From: Neoechinorhynchus agilis
Lineage: Eukaryota > Animalia > Acanthocephala
DNA length: 64,000 nucleotides
Assembly: GCA_051530055.1 (NCBI GenBank)
Contig: CM121342.1
Location: 8,695,480-8,759,479, forward strand
Direction of reading: 5' to 3'
Both the position numbers and the translations under genes were made by a program. The notes below the pieces were generated by a model. The model did no database searches, had not been told where the DNA came from, and was given only the letters and a program-made list of their open reading frames with translations. This document shows, one piece after another, positions 1 through 15,061 of the stretch (the stretch's first letter is position 1; every line of letters begins with the position of its first letter).

Positions 1-3
1 AAG

Positions 4-70
4 AGGCGAGGATACCTCGCGAAATATTTCGAATAAATAAAATATTTGATGACCGGGATTATTCTCACCG
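4..70. repeat. Terminal motif of a dispersed repeat (also at ~48909-48965) with a CGAGG-N3-CCTCG palindrome
   Basis: GAGGCGAGGATACCTCGCGAAATATTTC...ATGACCGGGA at the window start matches GAGGCGAGGTTACCTCGTGAAATATTTC...ATGACCGGGA at ~48909. Confidence 0.55.
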
Positions 71-2552
71 AAAGTGTAATTTCATTATCCCGAAGGACTT
101 TCTATCGATGGTTAAAACGTTTATTTTTTTGCTAAAATCATGCTTTTACGGACCTTTCAAATCTTGGGATGCAGCGTTTTGAAATGAAATCGAATTTTCT
201 GAACTTATTATAAATTGAAATTTAGCCTAACACCCTCGCATTCTGTCAGAAAAATACTTTAATTTGAGAACGTTAATCAAACTCAAAATTTAGGTTCAGC
301 CATCTCGATAACACGAAAATAAAGGTACAGTAAAACGTCGTTTATCCGAATCAGATATGAGATTTTTCGGCTGACCGAAAATCCATTTTAATATGTTTTT
401 AAAATGCAGGCGAGAGTGGTTTAAAAAGGCAAAGTTGGCTTACAATTACATAATTTTAGCTTTATTGTTGAAAATAACACCTTCGCTTCTTTTCGCTGCA
501 AGATCTCTGATTCTCTTGAGCTACAATAGTTTAGTAGGACAGCATTCTGATTGGGAGAATTGACGTTTCAGATAATCTACGTTCCATTGTGTACTTAATT
601 CGGTCCCGCTTGTAGCTAAGTAAATTATCATCAGAAATTTTATTACATTTCGAGTATGCTTTGATTCTTAATAATTTTGTTCCAAATTATGTCGATTATA
701 CGATAAAACTCGTTTCTTGTAGTTTGTGCATTATCTTCTCCCCTAAAACACTAAATTGTTCACCAGAAAAACCTACAAATTTTGTTATTTTTAGCACGCT
801 TGGTGATGTTGATAGCGTAAGTAAACATAGAATAAAATTCTACCCATTTACTTTGTCCGTGTGTACCGGATTTAAAAATTGCCATTGAAATCTGCTTTCA
901 AGAATAACTCCAAAGGATTTTAACGCTTTTGAAATGGCGCAACGGAATTTTGTTAGATTACGATTCTTTTTTGGAATAAAATGTTTGTTTGAAAACTACA
1001 TTTCAAAATACCTATTTCTCTTATGGGTAGAGCAGTCAATTCCCATAGAATCAAGACTAATTGATTTTCCAAATTTAATTTTTTTAAGGAAATGCCACCG
1101 TTCTCTTTCCCCAAAAAGTCATTAGAACTGTTTAAATTTTGGCATGACTTGATTTCTTGTTAAACTTTCTTATCGCAATCAGTGATGGAATTTATGATCG
1201 ACTTCGCCTCTCTCTATTAATCCTCCATCCGACAAGATTTTTCCAGCCATTAGATTGTTTCACAAGCCCTTATGAGCGGCCTACACGGATGTAATTGACT
1301 CAGTCACATACACTCCGTTCCTTATGTTTGTAGACATGAGAAGTGCAATATTGGATCTACTTAGACTATAAATATCATGTGCTCCATGTACTTTATAATC
1401 TCTTTCGAAACAACTTCTGGTTTATAGAATCAAATGAGTCGATTAGAAAAACTGGTGTTGTCTCACAAGTGGGTAACTCACAAAATTGTTATTTTTATGA
1501 GAAGAAACATTAGACTGCATTTGACGGAACTATTCTGAATGTTTATTTTGCTATGTACCTCCTTATTCTTCTTGTGTATGCGAGTCTACACAATCATTAT
1601 GCACTGCAACAGAGCGCTTCGTAAATGTAGTATCGTTTCAGTAGCTTTGAATTTAATAATAGTCTCGTTCGTTTTATTGAACTGAAACTAGGACAAAAGA
1701 CACCATCTGAATAAAAACTGGCGTTGCTCTCTTATTTGAAGGTTTCATTAAATACAAAAGTTTCAACTGGTGTTTGCGAAGATTAATAGGGGAAATTTGT
1801 TGTTCTGTCAATTGGGATATTCTTAGGCTAAATGGCGAGGGAAAGTACGACCTTATCGTTTTCGTCTGCGCCGTTTTGCAGATATGGCTCATGCACCTTT
1901 CACCTCTCCCCCCAACATGAGTCAGTTTTTAAATAAAAAAGGTGAATATATTCATTTTGCAGAAGGAAAAACGAGGCTGATGATCACCTACAGACTATTG
2001 TACAGACGGTTAAAATCTTGAGGATTTCCAACTACTTAAACGTATTTAATTATAACTGAGCTGTTTGTTCGTTTACTCCATTTTTCATTTACATTTACTT
2101 AGTTGTCAAAAACGGTTAAAGCTTAGCTTCATGCATGTTTTTCCGCATAAAGTCCTCCCTTCTTCCCAAAATCGATTTTCGCTCCGTACACAACTAGACA
2201 CAATGCAACCCAGTTGATTTTAACGCATTTGTTCTCATTTTGAAAAGCAACTGTTACATTTTTCGCGATTGCTTAAACTTTACAATACTTCACTTACCTG
2301 AACACTATCTATTGAGAAAGGTCAGTTGAACGTCCATACTTATCAAGTTGATAGCTATCGGGAGTTTTTAAATAAATTATTAGCAATCGGTGTCCCATTT
2401 GATATCCTTGTCACCAAATATATTTCGTATCCCTTCCCTAAGCGCACATAAACACACACGGTACATTTAGGAACACTCTTTATCACCCATCCACATAATG
2501 TTTTGCCCCACCCATCACCCATTCTTCGGCTTTTTCTTATCTTTAATTATAG

Positions 2553-4454
2553 ATGAACGCGAGATTGTTCTATGCAAGTCAAACTGGTACCAGTCAGCTC
2601 TTTGCCGCCTACATATCTGCATGGATGCGCTCCCATAAATTCCTAGTTTATCCTGTAAGTCCTCTTAGACAATGTGAGCTCGATGATCTACTAGCGGTTA
2701 ACTGTGGCTCAAAAACACTTTGGATTTTTCTTATTTCATCCGCTACTGATGGTGAAATTCCGTTCCGCGATGGCCACACGTTCTGGAAAAAGATAATGAG
2801 GAAAGATGTTCCCCTGTATCCACAAAAACCACCAGATCTACTTTGTGAGGTTTGTGTTATTGCAATCGGTGATAGTTCTTATTCCGATTCTTATAATTTC
2901 GCCGGTAAAAAATTATTTATATAACAGGAACAAATACTGCTTAGGTAGATATGACTAATTTGTGGTATTTGATCTTATAGAAGATTTAAACAACTTCGTT
3001 TTCCAAGTCAGCTTGGTCTTGTTTTAATTGATGAGCAACATCCTGCAGGATCCGACGGCCAAATTATCGAGTTTGTCTCAACCAAATTGTCTGAATTTTG
3101 CGAAAAGAACTTGCATTCTAACCAAGGCCAAATCAGTAAATTTCCCAGTCGTAAACCACCTCCTAAGTATTTAACGACATTTACAGTTCTAGAGAACAAA
3201 AGAATAACCCCTGAGTCCCATTTTCAGGACGTTCGCTTAATCAGTCTTAAAAGCGACGGTCAAACCTACAATTTGGGTTCATTATTGTACATTGCGGCTC
3301 TGAATCCACAGGACTGCATTGATGACTTAAGTGAATTTTTGCGGTACTACGATAACCAAGAATTTAGATCGCTTTTTCTATCTAAATTCGACCTTAATGG
3401 AGTTCCAAGTCCGTGTTTTATAGCAGTTTTATCCACGTTCCAACACTGAGGGGAGAATAAAATGTGTTTTACGATGTTGGATGACTGCATTATAAAATGG
3501 ATCCTTGAAATCTGCGCTTTAAACACAAGTCATGAGTTGGAGGAAGAAATGGAACGTCTCAGTGAACTTTGTAATACGTCTTCCTACGATGAATATATCT
3601 ACTATATGAGAAGACCTCGGCGTACCTTGAGTGAATTTCTCAGAGAATTTCCTGGCGCTGCATCAAATGCAATTGGATTTGTTCACCAAAAATACAACGA
3701 TGGAGATATTGATTTTGTTTGCTGGCCTAAGATTATTCCTCGACCCTACTCAGTGGCATCTAATTTTGAACAACATAAAGGTCAGATAGATTTGCTTTAT
3801 CTAGTTGTTCAATATCAAACGAGCATTCGAAAACCACGGAGAGGATTATGTTCGAATTATCTGGCTGGTTTAAAGCCGGGGAAAATCGTTAAAGGAGAAC
3901 TGTTTCCAATGGGTTTAATTCATGGATGAATTGTGGCGGGTGGAGGGCTTTTATCTGTCATCCACGAGGTACCTCATATTGACACTATTCAACGTTTAAA
4001 GCCAAGTCAACCGTTAGTCATGATAGCTACTGGAACTGGTATTTCTCTTTTCAGAAATCTAATGTATTGTAACCGGGAGAGAATTTTGTTTTTTGGATGC
4101 AGGTATCGAAATGCCGACTTTTACTTTAGGGATGAAATCGAGCATCTAGCAATTACCGACGATCGATTCAAGTATTTTGTTTGTTTTTCACGTGAGGGTC
4201 AGGGTTTCGGTGAGCCTAAGTATGTTCAAGATTTGTTGGAACTCGAAGCCATTACTGTTTGCAGTGCAATCGTCGATCGTGAAGGTATAGTGATTGTGTG
4301 TGGTAGTGGATGTTCTAAATCTCCTCAAGGTGTTGAGCACGCCCTTTCAAAGTCGCTTGTAAATGGTGGACGCTATTTTACCGAAACGGAAGCGTCAAAT
4401 TTCATACTAAGAATGAAGAAGAGCAAAATGCTAATTTTTGAGACGTGGGATTAA
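2553..4454 (+). CDS. NDOR1: NADPH-dependent diflavin oxidoreductase 1-like (flavodoxin + FAD + NADPH domains), interrupted by three TA-flanked non-GT-AG segments
   Basis: Motifs in order: YASQTGT, IGDSSY..NFAGKKL, DEQHPAG, RRPRRTLSEFL, PRPYSVAS, RRGLCSNYL, ATGTGIS, FFGCR, FSRE..KYVQD, terminal ETWD. Four same-frame ORFs are separated by three in-frame stops. Confidence 0.85.
2920..2979 (+). other. TA-flanked foldback intervening sequence (60 nt) in NDOR1
   Basis: TA at 2918-2919 and 2978-2979. Stem AGGA-a-CAAATAC / GTATTTG-a-TCTT. Removal gives KKLFRRFKQL. No local GT-AG combination I tried keeps the frame open. Confidence 0.75.
3421..3471 (+). other. TA-flanked intervening sequence (51 nt) in NDOR1, 8-nt direct repeat GTGTTTTA
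   Basis: GTGTTTTA at 3413-3420 and 3464-3471. Internal TTTTAT/ATAAAA stem. Contains the in-frame TGA at 3447. The joined peptide is somewhat shorter than the NDOR1 homologues I recall. Confidence 0.5.
3918..3971 (+). other. TA-flanked foldback intervening sequence (~54 nt) in NDOR1
   Basis: Stem CATGGATGA / TCATCCACG, TA at 3916-3917 and 3970-3971, contains the in-frame TGA at 3927. Boundaries were inferred by analogy with the other elements. Confidence 0.45.
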
Positions 4455-5178
4455 AACCGATCAAAGTGAATGTTTTTTCTAATAATTTGGGAAGCGAGGG
4501 TTAAATAATTTCTATATGTAGACATTGACTTGGGACTAAATAGTTTTTGTTTGATAAAAGCAATAGGAAATTCTGAGGAAAAGTTCTTTATGATTACAAG
4601 AATGTTTCCCAACCACAAAATGTATCATTTCTGTTAATCAGTAAAAAATTATTCTTGGAACGTAATAATTATTCGAGAAGATGTTTAGTGTGCATTTTCT
4701 AGATTGTTAGATTTTTCGTAACCTTTTGCATTATTAGGATGTGATTTGATATACATATATTTTGTATTTATGAGAGCTTTGAAAAATTATTCTCATGATT
4801 TTTAATTGTTGATAACGACAGATTTTTTGCTCACTGATGTGCTTGCATCCAAACACAATTGTTTTCCTGTTTTGTGATATTAGTGCGCTCCTTTGATAGC
4901 AACATTGACGGCATTTTCGGCCTAGAACGATTTTTTGGTCTCACATTGATCGTTATCATGAATCACGCAACTGTACAAATGGTTATTGAGGACTTGTTCT
5001 TTAACAGTGCAAAATTTTTCGCTTTTGGCTACTAAGTGACCGAGGATCTATGACTACCTAAAACAATTATATCTTTTGGGCGAAAACCTTCTCGGTTTAA
5101 GTTAGGACACGGGATTTCGGTTATCAATGAATGTAATCTTTTGTCTCAAGGTAAGTCTTTCCACGCCTTTCTAAGCTA

Positions 5179-5229
5179 ATGTTGTGGTATATCTTCTTTT
5201 CAATTATTCTCATAACCACCTCTTGGCTT

Positions 5230-5261
<32 letters not shown>

Positions 5262-5508
5262 CACCACACCCATCCGCACATTTGATCCTTCTCTTCCTCC
5301 AGCACATCTGCCTATCACCAGCCATCATGGAAGCAACGCGCTTGGCGTTTGTTTTTCCGCTTCCATCCTGTTGCTGGCATTCGCATCGTTCCTCGACGTT
5401 TATGTTTCAGCAGTTTCCTTTTCTCCCTTAGACGCAGTGTGCGTGTACGATCTAAGCCATGGCATCCGGGGAACTCCGCCGGTTACACACAAAACCGTGT
5501 TGTCGTGA
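5179..5508 (+). CDS. Small ORF (109 aa): signal-peptide-like N-terminus, Pro/Ser-rich stalk, second hydrophobic segment
   Basis: ATG at 5179, MLWYIFFSIILITTSW, PPPPPSSSSSS, ALGVCFSASILLLAFASFL. Could also be PMCA 5' UTR. Confidence 0.35.
5229..5290. repeat. (CCA)n/(TCA)n trinucleotide microsatellite
   Basis: ccaccaccaccaccatcatcatcatcatcatccaccac seen directly. Confidence 0.9.
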
Positions 5509-5618
5509 TTTCCTCTTCCATCACGACCGCCGTTGTAGATCAAATCCATCAACACCAAACTCTCCCACACTCATAGAGCACGATCTTCTTCGCCCGCAAC
5601 TCCTTGCGCACTTCTACG

Positions 5619-9883
<4,265 letters not shown>

Positions 9884-12172
9884 TTCGAAAATACACCAAA
9901 TTATAAAGAGTGGTAGTTATCCGCATGGAAATTCTTAGCATGAACTTATTTGCATGATACCTTCTTTAGTGCAGCACAAAGAAATGCATGCTAGTGGATT
10001 TGAATTTTCAAAGTGAATCATTTAATGCTTACGCCGCATTTCTAAGGCGTTATATAATTAAAGTTTAAAAATTTGAAAAGTTCCGTATTTTTTTATTTAT
10101 AATGTTGTACGCATTCTTTGGAATAAGAAGTGTGTTATATAAAGTTTTAACCCGGTAAATGATTTTTTTATTGTTTGCATCTTGCGGAAAATTTTAAATA
10201 ATTTATTTATTCCGATATTTCTGCACAATCTTGTACGCGTTTATCAAGGTTTTCTAAGCAAGGATTGTGTCGAAATATTGGAATCAATAAATTCTTTTAA
10301 TTTTTACACCATAAACAAGCATGAATAATTCAATCTTTAAGCATTTTTTATTAAATACGTTCTGCTAACCTCGTCGGGTTCACCATCAGTTTTTTAGTTA
10401 TTAAAAGACGCTTAATACCAACCTGACGATGTTCGCAGAACGTTTTTAATAAATGATTTACCGGGTGAAGACTTCTAAATAACACACCTTTTTTGCCCCC
10501 CCGCGCCGGTACCTCCTACTCCTCACACATATCGACAATTCTTTGGAATAATACTTGCAAACAGACAAAAATTGAAAAACGATGAAGAAACTTGCAAAAT
10601 TTTTTAATTAAAACCACTAAAAAGTGTGATTGTGTTTCTTTTTTAAAAAAGTAATTTCATACTCAGTATAGATATACTTGATTTAATTTTTTTACACCCA
10701 CACATGTATAAAAATCAATGAATTTGTTCTTGTTTTTATATGGCAAAAAACTAAAATAATTTATTGATCAAGGTTGTTTCGCACGTTCGTTGATACAATT
10801 TCGTTCTAATTTAAATAAAACCTTTTATACAAACCCTTGTTAGATAATAATTTTTAAAATTTTAATGAATGACATTTGTGTGTTTGCCTGAATAGAAAAT
10901 AGTATCGAATTTCATTACATTAATTGAACTTTCCATGTTATTTTAGCTATGTGTAATCGAAACATTTCAAGAATCATTAACACGAGAAATGCAATCGACA
11001 GGCGGCACTAAACATCGACTTCCAAAATGGCACTAGACTCATATTTGTCGGATGCTGGTGTGACACAAGGCGCAGACTCTTGTTTTATTTATTGTCTGAG
11101 ACAACGTGTTCAATTTTGTTCCTCCCTGTAGAAATATCACCGACACTTGCCATCCACAGAATGGCTATATCTCGCTCCTCAACAAACCTATCACCGACTT
11201 TATCTAATAACGCTATTATGAAGCAAAGCTGATGATCGTTTACGGTGCCATCGAACAAATACAATACACTGAGACCGAATTCGAGAGAGTGTGTTTGCTT
11301 GTCGATATCAAATAGATTTTTACTCAAATATAGCGTGTTTACTCGAGGGCGAAATTCTTTAAGAACTTTCTTGGGCGGATACGGGGAAAGATAATGGAGA
11401 GCTGGAATTAAGGAAAGGAACAACATCTTTACTCGACTCAACATAACGATATAATTTTGAAACAATCGAGATTAATTGTAAAACTTGCATCTGTAAATAC
11501 AAAAATCAGCTAAACGGGATGAGGTTATATTTTTTAAAATTCAAAAGATTCGGCATAACTCGATTCCCTTACAGAAAAATTGGATTTATCCTAAATGTTT
11601 AAATAAAAATGTAAACAATTCGCTCTTGATAGCATTTTAAAAATTCAGAATTTTGAAATTTGAAGTTAAAAGGCGATTACGATTAAGATATTACTTTACT
11701 ATCAACTATTTTGGAGGAGGCTATATGTTGACAGTTTAAAAATGGTTGATTTAATTTTATAAGAAACAAAACATAAAAACTGGCCTTAAAGTCGAAAATT
11801 TTACTTTTAATAAACAAAGTGAATTTTCGGTATAAATAGCTTTGAAATATACTTACACTAAAATGCGCTGAATAAATTTCTATAAGACTAGAGATGAACT
11901 CACTTAAGTATTTCACAAATCGCAATAAAAACGGTCGCAAGAACTCATTATAAAAAACAGATTTTTTAATTGTACAAACCTGTACGAGTACAGCATTAAC
12001 TTGGCTGCCTTTTCGATAAAATGCTCAGCATTCTGTGAAGCAGTTAGCAGAATATATTTCTCGCTTATGATCGTCATTAACTCCTGTTTTCTCTCTCAAT
12101 CACAGCATTTATTTGTAAAAATAAATTGCGGTTTGGAGTAAATTGGCGGCTTTCTATTGGATTAATTGCGAA

Positions 12173-13375
12173 TTCATCGATACCTTGCGGAAGTTTCAAG
12201 GATCTTATAATAGCAGAATATCACAATAGGCTTCTCCGAAGTATATAAAACGCAGCAAACTCGACATTAGTCACAGGCGGTTGGAGACAACGAACACTTC
12301 GATTCATCGATACCTTGCGGAAGTTTAAGGATCTTATAATAGCAGAATATCACAAAGGCTTCCAACAAACTCGACATTAGTCACAGGCTTGGTTGGAGAC
12401 AATGCGGAAACACTTCGATTCATCGATACCTTGCGGAAGTTCAAGATCTTATAATAGCAGAATATCACAATAGGCTTCTCGAAGTATATAAAACGCAGCA
12501 AACTCGACATTAGTCACAGGCTTGGTTGGAGACAATGCGGAAAACACTTCGATTCATCGATACCTTGCGGAAGTTTCAAGGATCTTATAATAGCAGAATA
12601 TCACAATAGGCTTCTCCGAAGTATATAAAACGCAGCAAACTCGACATTAGTCACAGGCTTGGTTGGAGACAATGCGGAAAACACTTCGATTCATCGATAC
12701 CTTGCGGAAGTTTCAAGGATCTTATAATAGCAGAATATCACAATAGGCTTCTCCGAAGTATATAAAACGCAGCAAACTCGACATTAGTCACAGGCTTGGT
12801 TGGAGACAATGCGGAAAACACTTCGATTCATCGATACCTTGCGGAAGTTTCAAGGATCTTATAATAGCAGAATATCACAACAGGCTTCTCCGAAGTATAT
12901 AAAACGCAGCAAACTCGACATTAGTCACAGGCTTGGTTGGAGACAATGCGGAAAACACTTCGATTCATCGATACCTTGCGGAAGTTTCAAGGATCTTATA
13001 ATAGCAGAATATCACAATAGGCTTCTCCGAAGTATATAAAACGCAGCAAACTCGACATTAGTCACAGGCTTGGTTGGAGACAATGCGGAAAACACTTCGA
13101 TTCATCGATACCTTGCGGAAGTTTCAAGGATCTTATAATAGCAGAATATCACAATAGGCTTCTCCGAAGTATATAAAACGCAGCAAACTCGACATTAGTC
13201 ACAGGCTTGGTTGGAGACAATGCGGAAAACACTTCGATTCATCGATACCTTGCGGAAGTTTCAAGGATCTTATAATAGCAGAATATCACAATAGGCTTCT
13301 CCGAAGTATATAAAACGCAGCAAACTCGACATTAGTCACAGGCTTGGTTGGAGACAATGCGGAAAACACTTCGAT
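12173..13375. repeat. Tandem array of a 137-bp unit, about 9 copies (first three degenerate)
   Basis: TTCGATTCATCG recurs at 12548, 12685, 12822, 12959, 13096, 13233 (period 137), with near-identical units. Confidence 0.97.
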
Positions 13376-15061
13376 GACATTAAATGAGTAAACGGTCTCT
13401 TGAATAGCACTGTCTGCAAATATATAAACGGAATTCTTCGTACATAAAAATTCTAGTCTAAGAGAAAGTCTTACATTCACAACTCGTCACTTTAATGCAC
13501 AGTTTAAAAACATTTAAGTTTGAAACGAAATATATCGATGTGTTCATCGCTGATTTTTTTATGCCAGAACCTAAATTTAAGCATGTGATTTTACTCGATT
13601 TCCATAAAATTTTAAACAATAAAAATTGAGATTATTGGCCTTTTATTACATAAAAATAGAAATAGCACAAATGTTTGGAATTAGAAGCTAAGACATTGTT
13701 ACTAATATTCAATATACATTTGTTAGTTTTAAGCCAATGTAATAATTTACTGTCCATTAGATGCGGTATTTAAATTGTTTGATGATTGTCAAAATGGAGA
13801 CACGAAGCAAGAAAACAAAAATTTATTTTTACATTCAAGTTAACAGAGACGAATTGCAAGCGTTATAAATGAACCAAATATACGCTTGTAACCATCGAGC
13901 ATAAAAAAATTTACTTCATGTCAAACGAATTTCGCATATCGCTAAAAATCTTGAAGGAGCTTCCTATAAGTAAACAGAAAAGCAGACTGAATTTACTAAG
14001 TAAATTCATTCTACTCACAGTAGCTTAATATAAGTAGAATTAAACCTAACCATCTTTATCACAGATCCACTGGATGGCCTCGCACAATGCTCCTTGATAA
14101 GCCTGGGTAGTAGAGTTTGAAATATTTTAGCAACTAATTATTATTATTCGACGGAATGCCGCATTTTTGTTTGCAAAAATACTCAGCAAAGTGGCATGGA
14201 GATTGCGATTCCTGAACCTTTCACCGGATGCGAATAATGATGGTATTCTCGACGGAGAAAACTTTTTTATAGGTAATGAGCGTGTTTGTGAGACGCTGAG
14301 GAAGTTAGCGATACCGCCGTTGTCTTCTACCTTCATTTCCACGAATCCTGCTCAAGAGTTGGCTACGATCTTTTACCGAATCTTCGAAATGTCTATTCTT
14401 GGTTCACGCGTAAAGATTTTGTCAGAATTTTGTCAGATGCAATCATTGCGCTTATTTTTAGTTGTTCTCTTGCGCGAATGATTAATTGCATTTGAATAAA
14501 GGCATTTCGGTTTAAGGAACTTTGTCAAAGTTGTATAGATATTAAAAATCCTTTTTAAAAATTACCCGATTACAGCAACATTTTCTAATTCCATCGATGA
14601 GCTTCGTTTTTCACGTTGGTTTTGGAGGTTTGTAATATAATTCTTAACTTTCAATATGAATTCTGATGGTGGTCGAGTCAAAAACGTATCGATGCTTAAT
14701 TTTTAGAATCATTCATATTATTGATTCCAAGTTAAGTCTCCGCTGGATTTAATGAAAGTTCTGGACTTTTTATAAAAGCTAAAATGAATTTATGTGATTA
14801 TCCCGAAACAACAGGAAAATTTAGCACCCGAACAAAAATCGATGTTTTATTGAAACAAATCAATAACAGCGAATATGTGTGTGAAAGCGTCAATCGCTCA
14901 CAATAAACTCTATTTCAAGCTAACATCTCGCTTTATCTGTGATTCCAAGCTAAGGAACCCAAAAGGATGTCTCCATCCCATTGTTGGAACCACAGAATAC
15001 GCGAGGATTCGTTAATCCCCGCTTTTCACTTGCCCCATTAAGCAATCCGATTCAGTTGAAC

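Noticed and set aside
11085-11465. 126-aa minus-strand ORF and a nearby CxxC (VCALCH) fragment
   Set aside because: It has a non-ATG start and no recognisable family, and I could not build a coherent gene model.
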